A stretch of DNA of 64,000 bases. Origin: Lama glama. Taxonomy: Eukaryota. The stretch is taken from contig CM052816.1 of assembly GCA_028534125.1 (NCBI GenBank), positions 100,070,001 to 100,134,000 on the forward strand, in the 5' to 3' direction. The position numbers were made by a program, and so were the translations under genes. The notes beneath the pieces are model-generated. The model did no database searches. It worked only from the letters and a program-made list of their open reading frames with translations, and was not told the DNA's origin. Below, one piece after another: positions 36,318 through 49,630 of this stretch (positions are counted from its first letter, which is position 1; the number at the start of each line of letters is the position of its first letter).

Positions 36318-39300
36318 GCGTCACTGGACGTCACGGGCTGGAGTCCCATGGCTCTCTCTGAGACTGACCCTCGTCACTGTAAACATGGAGGCTGTAGGTC
36401 AAGGTCTCGCGCACTAGGAACAACGCACAGGCTTATCGGTAGGACTGCGGTTTGCAGAACAGCGTCCAGGCCCCCCCTCTAAGCCTGCTTTCACAGAGTC
36501 CCCGGTGGCGGCCCGCGTTCTGCTCCCCCGGGCCTCCTGACTTCTGCAGCCTGCTCTTCAGAAGTGGCCGGTGGGGGTCGCCAGTGAGATCGCAGCTGTC
36601 CTCCTGAGCGACCAGGTCCTGGCTCTGTGCCGCAGCCCTGGCGACTCCCCGCGCCTGCAGTCGCCCTCGCGCTTCCCGTGGTCCTGCCTGCCCCCTCGTG
36701 CGTCTTTTCTGAGCGTGTCCCGGCTGAGCCCCTGGGCCAGGCGACCTGGCTGTGAACCCGCCGGCCCCGGGACCAGCCCAGCTGCAAGACGCCCTCCACG
36801 CTGAGTCCAGGAACTCCCCAGAAGAACGGAAACGCGCCCTCACGGGAGGAGCAGGCTCTGGGCAGGCCCACCGAGGACACAAGCCCTCAGGACTGCACTT
36901 CGTCTTGGGGGACACCCCAGCTCTTAGCCGTCCCCCCCAATCCCATGCAGGACCCCGTCCGCGGGGCGCCCCCAGCCCGCAGACAGCCAGCTGCCCGGCC
37001 TGCTTGGGAGCTTCACCTCCGCAGGAGACAGAGAGAACCGTGCATTTGTCTCCTGCCCCACAAAACTGTCATTTATTCACAGCGCTGGCCAGGTTGGCGA
37101 AGACGCAGCCCCAGTGGCAGGTTGGCGTGGAGAACTCCGCCCGACACGTGGACAGGCCACTTCCCTTCAGTGCAGGTGACACGTAGCCACCCGCTTCTCA
37201 CACCTCGCCCTCACTCGGGAAGGACACGTGCAGCGAGAGGCCGGCGGAGGTGCAGAAACGGAAGCCACGGGAGGCTCCCCGCGCCCCGGGCTGCAGGCTG
37301 TGCCGGATCTGAAGCGGAGGCTTCCCTTCCACAGCACAGCCCGGATTTTCCACGAGCTGCTCTTACTTGGGACGGCCACTGGGACGGCTTTGAGCGGGTG
37401 GCTTTCAAGCAGGGGCAACTTGAGATCCAGCCAGTAAACCTGAGTCCCACATGGCTGACCTTGAACGTTATGTGATGGATTTCATAGGATCTCGTTGCAC
37501 CATCTCCTTTTCATCTGCCTCTGGGGCTAAAACTGGCCAAGACCAGATTAATTCGCCAACCAGAGATGAGGCTTGAGGACAAAGCCCCAGAGGGGCCCCT
37601 GGACCAGAGCCCTCGGAATGCAGAGTCCACCAGATTCCCGTGGGAGGGGTGAGGCACCCAGGTCGGGGGGAGGTCATGGTGGTCAGAATCAGGGACGATT
37701 AGAAAGAAAGGAGAGGCTGCAGGTCTCTGGGGAATACTGTCTGCTTCCCCGCTCCGTCCAGGACCAGCCCTGCCTCCCTTCCTCCCGTGACCCCAGGCTC
37801 TGTCAGACCACGGGGAGGCGTGTCACCCCATGAGGAGGGTCCTGGCGTCCGGTCCCCACCGTGCCCGAGAGAGTCTTCGCGGAGGCACATCCAGCGTAAT
37901 CGCTGGTCTCACTCGGCTTGGTGGAGTTACAGGATTCAAATAACTGAGCTCGTGGTTTAATGGTATCCTGTTTACACTTATATGCAGAAGTCTTGAGATT
38001 TCAGTAGTCTCGTGTAGATTTCCCACCTCAGAACCCTAAAAAGCCACTTGTTAGTAATTTCATCAGAAGGCAATGTGACGGTCTTTCAACCGTGCAGCTG
38101 GGGCATCTCCGCGTGGTCTCCGTGTTTGTCAGAAGACCCAGAGTTTGAATGTCCGACACGGTGAACAGCAGCTGCTCCATGCTCACTGAGTGTCACCTTC
38201 ATGTTGGCTGTGATGTCACAACTGCATGTGGACCGTGGACCGTCCAGGGATGACCCACAGTCAGAGCCACGGGACTGGGGCCTCCTGTGGGGAGTCAGGT
38301 GAGGTGCACTCGGGGTGCTCTCACCCGGCCGCCTGCTTGATGGGGTCGTAACCTGAAGCCCCAGGGATGGGCTGTGTGATGTCCAGGGGCACTGTCCCCT
38401 GTAACACACGAGCTTGTCCAGAGCCAGGTCAGCAAATGCACAAGAACACAGAGATTTTACCAACCAGGGGTGCTGGCAGACGTCCCTGGTCTTGACAGAG
38501 GGAAGCTTTGCCCATCCACCTGTGTGTCTGATGGTAGGTGACTGGGCTTCAGTGCTCCATTTCAGACACCATCGGAACTGGGTTCTGGGTGATGGGAGAG
38601 ACTGTCTTCTCTAAGTCAAGGGCCGGAGGTGACTATGTAGGATGGAGATGGTGTTCACTGAGGGCTGCATCACCACCAGGTACTCACTGATCTAGCTCTT
38701 GGCACCTGGTCACCGGGGAGCCATGGCTCTCCTGCTGCTCAGACCCTGCAAAGCCCGATAGCATCTTCCCTCACTGGGAGGCAGGAGATGCGAAGTCGGG
38801 GTGAAGAGTGGTGCAGGGTGCAGTCTAACCGTGAAGGTGTCCCTTCCAGCATGGTGGGCCTCAGGATGGCTGTAAGGAGGGTGGCGAACTTCACCCTCTA
38901 ACCGCGGATCCACGACGTTCCCCACGCTTGTTTGGCTCTGAGATTAGCTTCCCACATTTCATGCTGTAGGAGAAAGAGAGGATGGTTGTCAGATGAGTCC
39001 CACCCTCGACAAGGCACCTGCATCCGAGTCCTTTTCATTAGCTCCCCAGGGAAGCGGCAGTGGACAGCATTCTCACTGGACAATAAGCATCTCTGAGGGC
39101 ATCAGACAGTGACGGCAAAGCTAGGGACACAGAGCTGGGTGACCAGAGACACGGGGCTGGCTGTCTCAGTTCACGTGTCCGCCCTGGACCGCAGGGAAGG
39201 AGCATCACGCGGTGACCATGCATCAGCCCCTGACGGACAAGAGGGAGCTGCGGATGGAGGCGGCCCTGTTGGTGCCGGCGCCCCCAGACAGAGATAAACC

Positions 39301-42300
39301 GCTGTTCACCCACAGCAGAGCCATTTCTTGGGTCCGACCTCCCCCTCTTCTCGCTGGCATGTGGCGATGGTTGCTGCTGCTGCCTTATCGCGGCTGACTG
39401 AGAAAACTCCACCAGGAGGCTGAGCACGGACTGCGGCCCCAGGGGCCCCCGGAGCTGGAACGTGACTGTGTGGAGGTGCCTGGTGTCTCCGGAGCGCTCG
39501 ATGGAAGACACGTGCTCCAATCCACCCAGTCTGAGAAGTGCGGTTCCTGGGCTGACTTGCTGAGGACTGTGGGACCCGCCCCTCGGGAGACGCCCCTTGT
39601 CGTCGAGCACCTGCTGCAGACAGGCTGGGACATGGCGGGCGCGGCGGGGAGGGCTGCGTCCTGTTTGACAGGCCAGGCTTTCGCTGGCTTATCGCTGGGT
39701 TTTCGTTGGTTTTATTCTTCACTTCCAGAAACGGTCTTCACTCTCAGTTTATCATTGAGAAGATCAGCAGTCAACCGGAAGTGGCACTGCCATCCCTGGC
39801 GTGTGGCGGGCACTGAGGAGGCCCGGGAGCGCACCCCCAGCTCTCCGCGATCGGGGCCACTGATCACGCCGGGTCCGGTCAAGTCAGGTCAGCAGCTTCA
39901 CCGGCTCCACCCCAGGGTGCCTTCACGAACCACACGGCCATTAAACAACCAAGTCGTCTTCCACTTTTTGTCTTTTCACCTTCTTTTTAAAAGGCTGAGC
40001 CGTGGGGACTCTCCCTGGAAGCTGAAAGGGGGTCCCTTAGAGAACAGCACGGTCGGTCATCTGTTTGCCGTCCAACCCGGCAGAACCTTTAGCCCTTTAG
40101 GGCAGGAAGGCTCCACGTTCTGTTTATGCAGCGGCTTCCTCAGCATATTTTCCTGAAGCCTAATTTACCCTGGCGCCATCTCTGGATGTACACTAAGGAA
40201 GGGTTGGGCGGGGGTCGTGGAGGTGTTTGGTGGTTTCACAGCGAGCAGAGAGAGGTCATGGAGCTTCCCACGGTCAGGGCACTGCACAGCTCGGGATAAA
40301 CGCCCGCCCTTCAGCACAGCAGTTGGGATCCGTCCGTGGAGGTTCCAGGACAAATGCAAGCTGGAAAACTCAGGTCTAAATTCTATGTCTTTGACACGAC
40401 CGACCTTGTCCTAAGGGAGCAAAAATTGGCTCGTGGGTGCAAGGATCTTAATCTTTTTATGCATCAAAGACAGACATACACACAATACAAAGACAGCTGG
40501 ACAGTATATATGATCTATTGAGATTTCATGAATGGGGAGCAATTAGGTAAAAAATGTCAAAAAAGGCTCTTTAGGTGGGTAGTAATGGGAAAAGGTGGTG
40601 ATATGTGAATAATATCTCGAAAAAGCTGCTGTATGTGTTTCTCTTTTAAATAAAAGTCTGTGAACCTGGATGATGCAAGGCACCTGGCCCCCCGGGGCCT
40701 GGAGTGACCGCTTCCTGAGACGCCTCTCTCAGGTGGACTTACGTCCCAGCACAGTCATTTATCTGACACCTGATGCAACAGGCCGGTTGGGTCAGACATT
40801 CCGAGGAGGGAGGTGCTGGGAGGGGGCGGGGGGGAGGAGCGTGGACTCAGGAGGGCCAGAGCGGGATCCCACATCCCAGGGCGCCTGGGAGGGGCAGCTG
40901 GGATGCCCGGCCCTGGAGGAGGCCTGCGAGGTCACCCCGGAGGGAAGGACACCCCCACTTGGGCTGCTCGGCCAGCTTTAAACACCATCAGGCCACCAGG
41001 ACGTGCTCAGGGCATCACGGCCTCCCTCCTCTGGGCCGGGCAGCGGTGCCTCCGGAAGCCCCTCGGGTCCCTCACCTGCGGCCAGAGCTAAGAACCTAGC
41101 TTCACATGCGAGATGGGGCTGGACGTCCTGGGGGTCGGAACCAAGATCTGGGGTGCATCCGAGGTCGATGGCCTGGCTACTGTCCCACTTGTCGGGACTT
41201 CCTGAAGTAGAGATGGATGAGATGGAAGAAAACTGAGGAGGAGGAGGAAGAGGGCCCGTGTGACTGGCGTCAAGATCAAGGAGATACCAGGCAACTTTCC
41301 AGTAATTCAGGGATATTTTTCTTTGCCAGAAGCAGACCACCTTCATCCACGTCACAGAAGAGGAAGGGGAGGTTGGCATAAAAGGCCGGCGCCCTCCTAA
41401 TGTGCATTTTCCCATCGGCACATCCTCCTCAGGAGTCAAGTGCCCACCAGGTCACGGCCGAGGGGGCCGGAGGGAGGCGGGTGTCGGCCCTGAAAACTTC
41501 ATCCATTCTCACCAAACCGAAGCCCTCCTTCCAGGAACTTGCTTTCCTCTACTCCTGTCCCAAAAGAAAGAAAGGAAAAGAGCAAGAGTGCTTGTGAAAG
41601 AGACAGAGGGAGTGGGGAGGGCCAGGGGAGGGGGAGGGAGAGGAGGGAGGGGACAGGGTCCACAGGGCAGGTGACCGCGCTTCGTCAGTCACGAAAAACG
41701 GAAGCAGTGACTGCAAAGTGACTAGAAGGTTAAGTGGAAACATCCCAGTGTTACTACTCAGCCCCTGCTCTGGTGATGGAGGACCTGACGGTTAAGAATG
41801 GGAAGGCCTAGGAGACACCTGCCATCCTGCCCCAGGTGAGGGACTCGGTCCCGATGAGGAGGGCTTTGCTAGTGTCATGCGGCAGCCTTGCGCCGCACCT
41901 GGGAGGGTGTTGAGAAACGAAAGCCCCTGGGATGCCAAGGATTCTCGAGACCCTGGAGGAGTGGTTCTCGGAAGGGAGACTCGCAGGGGCGGGGGATCCA
42001 GCGCAGCCTCCTGAGGGAAGGCAGGAGGAAGGGGGCGGGAGGAGTCGGGAAGGGTCCAAATTCATGAGCAGGGCTGGGAGGCACTGCCGGCAAGGGAGCT
42101 CCCAAGAAGACATTTCTGGTTTTGTCTCAGGAGGAGGGCAGCTCAGCAGGGTGTGAGGCCCCATCGCAGCACGCAGTGCCACACTACGTGGACGGGCACG
42201 GGCAAGGGTGCTGTGGGCAGACAGCAAGGCTCCAGCCAGCGGGGCCTGGGTCTGCCTGTCTCTGTGTGGGGAGGGCAGCCTCGCTCCCATTGGGGCTGCA

Positions 42301-43666
42301 CCCAGGAACCCTGGTTCCGGGCTCCCTGTTAGTTTTGGCCAATGGGAGGTGGAGTCAGGGGAGCCGAGGAGGAGAGGGAAGAAGCCTGGGAAATTCCTCC
42401 TCAGTGTAGACTTTGCGGTTCTGAGACACCTGCTGCTCATACACGAAGGAGATTCCACCACTTGCCCACCTCGCCCTGTGGCCATCAGCTCACAGAACAG
42501 TCAGGAGGCTGAAAAGACATCACGGACGTGTAAGAGCTTTGAGAACCACGTCCTGGGCCCCCAGGGCATGTCTGTAAGCGAATGAAGCCTTAGATGATGT
42601 GATTCGGGCCCAAGCGTAATAGGATCCCAGAGAGAAAGATGTCTTCCAGCGGCTGTGGTGAGGTGCATTTGGATCCAGGACAGGTGAGCTCATCCCAGGG
42701 GACACACATGAAATGCAAGTTGGAAAGCAGGGGCCGTCCCGCCAGCACAGACCTCCCAGCGAGCAGGGGTCAGTATCCATTCTCAGCGATGCATCTGCAA
42801 ACTCTGTGAAGACAGAAGCTGGGCTGGGGTGCATCGTGTCCGGCCCCCATTTACCTCTTTCTTCTACACCAGACTCAGGAACACGGGGCTCCGACCGCCC
42901 CGCCCTCCGCTCCCCCGCAGTTCTGTCCCTGGTGTTCCTGGGCTCAGGGCAAGACTGCTGTCGGGGGCCCACCGACCGAATATCCAAATATTTAACAGTT
43001 GGAAACAAAGCTCGAAAATTGATAGACACATTGTATTCTTCTGTTTTACAAATATACCTGCAAAATGACAGCTTTAAAAGAGCCCTGGAGCTGAAGTGTC
43101 CCAAAACTACAAGTTGGCAAAATAGCAAAAACATTTTTATGGCTCTCGTTACACCTGCCTGGGGGCTTCGCTGGTGAGCTGGCAGCGCTACACCAGGAAA
43201 AAGTACCAACTTCCATAATTCATAAATTATATGTTTATTTCATACGATTATTTTTTCTTGCCTTTATTTCAGCAAAATCATTAGTTACACTGTTGTAATC
43301 AGGATGTTTACATCTTTTCTGCTCTGTCAAGAATAAAGATTTAAAGTGTTTAGAAATAAAATTTTGTCAGAGACAAATAATCGGACATTTGAATATATTC
43401 AAATACAATAAATTTTTAAATTAAAAACTAACTCATCTATGTTCTCAATTGTTTTCCTCTTAAAAATATTTAAATCCTATTAAAATACATATTGTAATGC
43501 CAGAATATCAACAATGTAAAACAAAATAACTAAAAACATTAATTTGTTTGTTTCAACTTCAGTATGTTTTAAGAAAGTAAATGTATTTGCAAATCTAGCA
43601 TTTAACATCCATCCTGTTGTCAATATAAGAAATCAGTGTCACACTTAATAACTGCCACTAACCCTC

Positions 43667-44099
43667 TGCTCTGGGATGAACTGTGTCCCCAGAAAGGTAA
43701 GTTGAAGTCCTGACCCCTGGTCCCTGTGGATGTGCCCTGATTTGGAGACCGGGTCTCTGCAGATGTTCTCAAGTTAGGAAGGGCGTGCCCTGGAGCGGGT
43801 GGGTTTTAAATCCAGTGACTGGCGTCCTGATAAGGAGGCCACATGAAGACAGTCACACAGGGACAGGGCCTTGTGAAGCCAGGGGCAGCAGCTGCAGGTC
43901 AGAGCGCCCAGGAGCTCCTGCAGCCCCGAGCCCCGAGGGGCAGGAAGGAGCCTCCCCAGGGTCCCTCGGGCAGACGCAGCTCTGCCGACACTGCGGTCTC
44001 AGACCTCCAGCCTCCAGAAACGGGAAAGAATCCACTTCTGTTACGTTAAGCCTCCCGGTTTGTGGTCACCTGTTACAGCTCTCCCAGGAAACTACCGTA
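43667..44099 (+). mobile_element. MLT1B/C-like full solo LTR with 5-bp TSD
   Basis: tgctctgggatgaactgtgtcccc...ttgaagtcctgacccc...ttaaatccagtgactggcgtcctgataag...cagacctccagcctccagaa...ttaagcc...tttgtgg...ggaaactaccgta. Flanks are ccctc (43662-43666) and tcctc (44100-44104). Confidence 0.9.
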
Positions 44100-47000
44100 T
44101 CCTCTTAAGCTTAGATTTGAGAAAAAATAAGAATTATTTAATTTTGTAAAGCGTTCCTCTACTCCCACGTGCAGCTGCTGGAAATGCTGGGGTGGCTTGT
44201 GCTTCTAGGACCACAAATAGAAATGCAAAGGAGCAGGGAAAAGTAAGAGGGCGCCGGCGCCGCGGGGGGCGGCGAGCTGCGTGGAGACTCGCCCCTGCCC
44301 CTGATGGAGGACGGAGGATGCGGGCTGCCGGCCCCTCCCCCAGCGCCTGCAGCCTCGGTCCCCGCCCAGTGCCGCAGCCTCCCGGCCTGGCGCTGGCCCT
44401 GGGACCGCCACAGCCTTCATGGGACCTTCCTCGGGGCTGAAGCGCAGGAGGCCTTCCCCTTGGACTCAACTGGTGTCTTCGGGAAAACGACGCTCTATGT
44501 CACCGTGTGTGCAAGTCGGGGAGGCGTCGGCTGGGGTGGCGACAACGGCCAGTGAAACCACGGCCCCACCGAGCGGTGAGATGGAACAGGGGACTCGCCG
44601 TGTTGACAGCACAGAGCCAGGCTTCCTGCAGCAGATTATCCCCGCGTGACTAAGAAGAATGAGTTAGCGTGGAGGTCCCCAGCCTCGTGAGCGTCCGGGA
44701 GCTCAGGGTGCCTGGTGAATGAGACCCCGGACGGAGTGACGGGTGCAAAGAGGTCGAGGCCTCGGTCAAGGACCACCTGTCCCCGCGTTCCTGTCTGCAG
44801 GACACCCGCTCCGAGGAGCCTCCCTGAGCCAGGAGACCGTGCAGCTGTGAGGATGGCGGTCAGGAGACAGACGCAGTAGCCGCCCGTGCGGACTTCTCTT
44901 TCTCTCCCATCTCATGGGAAGTAAACCCAGAATGTAAGCTGGGCGCCCTGTCATTTCTATAAAACTGGAAGACACGTGGCCCACTATGGTCCCGACTCAC
45001 AGAAGTGAGGGCGCCTGCCGGCCCACGGAGGGGGTCCTTCATCGCGCGGGTGAGGACAGCCACCTCCCTGCGTGACTGGCCGCGCCTCGGCGCCGGGCTC
45101 CGGGGAGGAGTGGCCAGGCGGAGCTCACGGGCCGGGCCCTCACGGGGGGGCTGCTGCCGGGGCCGGGGCGGGGGGCACGGCGTCTCCGCTGCGGCCCAGC
45201 CCGGCACAGGCGCCCCCCGCGTGTCAGCCCCGCCCCTCAGGCCACGTCAGCTTCCTCCCTGATGATACGGAGCGTTCATTTGCCAAAGACAGTTTTTATT
45301 CAATTTCAAACATGCATTTTTATGGTAATTTAAGTCATGTGTTTCTGATTCACTGACAACGAACCCACCAAAAATTTTGGCAACTGCATTTTGGACGCCC
45401 CTGCTGGCCTCTCGTGTTTTGTGCGTGCACCATTCCACATACACACAGAGAGAGAGAGAGAGGGCGAGAGAAATGTAGAGAAGAGACCATTTGACTCGGT
45501 TTCGAGACATACAAAGCAAAACTTAGTCTCCTGATCGTGCCCCCAGCGTGGTGACCGGCACTGTCCCCTCTGCCGTCGCGGGAAGGCCGTGGACCCATGA
45601 GGAGGCCACGGATCCACGCAGCTCACTCTCCAGTCCCCGACCGCAGCAGGAAAGCGAGGCAGGCGCCTTCTGGTGGCCTCTCTGGCCATTTGAAGACGTT
45701 AAGTCCCGGTAATGAATGTTGTTGGTTTGCAGTAATTACGGTGATGGGCACCCGCCCTCCCTCCTCGGCTTTGTGCCTGGTATGCGGGGAATTCCCCGGT
45801 GCTTTCTGTTCACCACATCACTGAATCGTGTTATTTTAAGTGCCATGCAACCACCTGCAGCCTCACCTGCCCACCAGCTCCAGTGAGAATCTCCTCACTG
45901 GCCCTTCCTCCCGGGCTCTGGCTTTTCCAGACGGTGTTTGCTCACACTTCTCTCCCACCACTGCCTCCCTCTGACCACCCCCCAACCCCACGGCACCCCC
46001 AAACTCCTCCCTGGGTGAGCACGGAGCGGGCTTCTCTGGGATCCTCACAGGTGACGAAGAGGAGCTCTTGGGGATGGGGGAGCCACCCTCCCCACTTCAG
46101 GGCTAGAAAAGCTCCCATTTGCATCCCTGAATCTTCATTCAATGCAGCAGGCATCCCTGGGCACCTGCAGTTTACAGGTCAAGTTCGAGGCGCTGTGGGG
46201 TTTGCTGGGGGCATGCCCAGTGGCACCAGTCCAAAGTCACCTGGAGCCGTCAGAACAAGGAATGGGCAGCACTGTCTGGGGGTCTGGGAAGCGCTGAGGC
46301 TGAGGAGCTCGGGGACTTTGGCCCTTGGGCCAACAGCTCCCTGTTGAGAAGAACCAGGGCCAGGAGACGGGGGGGAGGCTCACCTCTGGTGTCGGTTTGG
46401 CTAGGCAGGCGCCCTGGATACTGAGAACTGGGAGAGAATTGAGGTGAGAGGGGGTGAGCCTCAGGGACAGAATAGCACCTTGCAAGGGGTGGCAGCAGGC
46501 AAAGAAAGAGCAGGTCGGCGGACGCAGGCACCGCCGGCCCGGGCTGTTTTGCCCTGCACCAAGAGGGGTCAGCGGGGGCTGGACAGGAAGGTGCAGAGGC
46601 AGAAGGACCCGACTCCATCCTGATATGGGAGCACAGAGCCAAGGGTGCTCCCTGGCCCACAGGCTCAGCCCCTCTAGGGGAGCACCCTCCAGTGCCCCAC
46701 CCCAGCCCCTCCGCAGGTGCCTGGGCAGGGGGAGGGTGCAGCCCCACCCAAGGCTCAGAGACAACCCAAAGCCCGCAGCACCCCCACACCCCACAGGCAG
46801 TACACCCACAGGCACCCACATCCTGCCAGCTGCGCCTTCTCAGCTCGTCTGGATCCAGGATTCCGGGGCATGACGTCCCCCAACCCCAGAGCCGGGCTCC
46901 AAGTAACTCTGATTGTGGTTGGGAACAGAGACCTCGTCCCCCTGCCCTGGCCGCTGAGTGAGAGGACACAGGGGGCTTGGAGTGAGCCAGGGGCCACAGC

Positions 47001-48027
47001 AGGCCACGCCAGAGCCGGGCGGTCCTCCCCGGTGCCCCACCTCCCACCCACAGGGGAGGAGGAGCCGGAGGGCCCCTGATCTGTCCAACCTCACACACGT
47101 CCTCTCTGAGCCTGATCCTGGGAAACAAGTGGGCCAAAGTGACCTTAAAGTCATAGTTTCATTGGAAGGGACTTAGAGAGGATGCAGCCGCCTGCAGACG
47201 TGGGAGGTTTAAAGCACAATTAAGCGAGAGGCTTTCCTGCTCACGGGATGAGACCCTCTAAGGAAAGCATCCTGTGCTTGAAGACACTCGTCTCTGTCAC
47301 TGTGAACGTCTTTGCAAGCCTGGCATTTCCCCCGTGGAGTCCGGCCCCACCCAGGGAGGCACTTTCTCTGTCCAAGGAGGGTGAGTGAGGAAATGCTCGA
47401 CCCACGTTCTCACGCCCTCAGCGGGGCGGGCCCCATCCGTCTGGTACAGCTCAGCGCAGGTCCTTACCGCATCGCTGCAGGGCACGGATGGGTGAGAAAT
47501 GTCATGTTCAAACTTTTGTGACTTCTCACGCTCATTTTTCATACTTTGAGGCAAGAAAAAAAATCCTAAATGAATTTGCCAGAGATTTCTACTCATTTGT
47601 CAAATAGCATGTGATTTCCCGCAAATGTGATCCCTGTGTTTCTCATTCATTCGTGATTGAACCATCAGGCTGGGAGCCAGTGCTGGGTCAGGGATGATGC
47701 GGGCGACATGGGTGGACGTGAGGAGTGGCGGCCAGGCGGGTGGTGCCAGATGCCAGGTGGCCTGGGGGTCGAGGTGTGAGTGACCCTCACACCCTGTGCC
47801 CCTGCTGGACTCAGCCTGAGTGTGAGCACCACTGTGACCGCAGAGACAGCACAGTGCGGCTGTGGGGGGTCCAGAGGGGCCAGCTGCAAGGGGGTCGAGG
47901 AGGACCGGCGCTGAGGGCTCAGAGACGGACGCTGCAGGGGGAGGCCAGACCTCTCCCGCTCATGTGGAGGCAGGCGGCATGGGGCGGTGGGCACTGCTGT
48001 CAGGGCTGGGAGCAATCCAGCTGACAT

Positions 48028-48075
48028 CCTGAACCTCTCTGAGCCTCGACTTGCTCCTCTGTGAAATGGGGATGT
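48028..48075 (+). mobile_element. MIR core fragment
   Basis: ctgaacctctctgagcctcgacttgctcctctgtgaaatgggga matches the MIR core. Confidence 0.6.
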
Positions 48076-48929
48076 GAGGCTGCAGTCTGTGTGAGCCTCT
48101 GCATGGGCCATGCTCACCGCTGCCTCCCTCCCCGGGCTCCGCAGGGGAGCAGCCCAGCCCCCGAGCCCTCCCTCTGGGTCACAGTGGGAGGGGGCAGCCC
48201 TCCTCAGAGCCACTGGGAAGCCGGGTTATGGGACTTTACCTCCTTTGGAAATCTTTCAGCGGAAAGCTTGCTTTTCAAGTTATTTTAAAGTTAAAGCTTA
48301 AGGATTTATGATTGACTAGTAACTGCGAATTCATGACTCTAGAATGGATCAAAATTAGATCAAATTTTCTGTCATCCGTGAAGAATGATTCGTTTTTTCT
48401 TTTCTTCTTATAATCATCAATTTTCTGAAGCAGATTTCCCCAGAATAATTACTTCCAAGTTAAAATTATTTTCTGTAATTCATCAATCTCACGATTGTGT
48501 GTAATAATCACGTCTCTTTAGTTTCCTTAAGTAATCATGGTATTTTCATCAAAATTCATTAGAAGCTGCTTCTAGAAGGACATGCTTTTGAAATATTCAA
48601 ATTTATAGTTAATGTTTTATTAACTATATTTAGCCTATAATTATTTTTCTAATGAAAATTATCCTGACGGCACCATCTGATGTTAGGAGGTTAGGCGTTC
48701 AAACAAAATTCAGAGAAACATTTATGCACAAAGGACCGCGTATTAGTCATTTGGAAGGAAGGATTTATGTGCTATATAATTAATGTTCCCCCAGTTAGAC
48801 AGTCCATATTTTACTTCAATGCATTATTTACACTGGAGGAGACTTAGGGGTTCACCCTTCAAAAGGTTAGGAAAATACAAATACACCCTTTATCTGCGTC
48901 GTGGAGGCTGCATTGCTAAGGATGGTGGT

Positions 48930-49630
48930 GCGTGTATGTGTGTGTGTGGTTTGCATATAGAATATATGTATATTCGTTCTGTATAGAGTAATACATATTC
49001 TTTGCATATGTCAAATATAGATTCTGTATGTTACAGAACACTACAGCGATGATACGTGAGCATGCGTGTGCGTGTGGCTTGTGTATAGGTCGTACATGGC
49101 CTCTGTGCGTATGTACACAGAAAACACACGTCCTCTCCACGTGTGGAACATGCCTTACACACTGCAGAATACTGCCGTGGTGACTGCGTGAGCGCACGTG
49201 TGACGTGGTTTGTGTATAACAGACGTATGTTCTGTCTTTTTTTCTTTTTCCAGATTCCACACATAAGTGGTATCATGTGGTGCTTTTCTTTCTGTCTCTG
49301 GCTCACTTCACTTAGAATGAAGGGATAAATCGGGAGTGCGAGATGTGCAGATACGAACTACTATATACAAAACAAACAAGAAGCCTCTGCTGTAGAGCAC
49401 ATGGAACTGTATTCACCACCTTGTAGTGACGTATGACAAAGAAGAATATGAAACAAAACAAGTATATGTGTGTGTATGTATGACTGAAACATTGTGCTGC
49501 ACACCAGAGACTGACCCATTGTAAACTGACTGCACTTCAATTAAAAAAATACACGTCCTGTATATTACAGAACACCAGTGATTACCACGCGCGTGTGTGT
49601 GACTGTGTGAGTGTGGGTGCAGGAGACTGA
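48930..49630. repeat. Degenerate tandem / (TG)(TA)-rich low-complexity array, interrupted by an L1
   Basis: Recurrent units ttacagaacac..gtga..cgtg..gtgtg..tggtttgtgtata at about 49030, 49165 and 49565. Confidence 0.55.
49237..49548 (+). mobile_element. Short 5'-truncated, 5'-inverted LINE-1 (cetartiodactyl/camelid type)
   Basis: 49237-49318 is antisense L1 (agattccacacataagtggtatcat...cttcacttagaatga). 49319-49548 is the sense 3' end (agggataaatcgggag...tgtagagcacatggaact...gtaaactgactgcacttcaattaaaaaaa). Confidence 0.9.
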
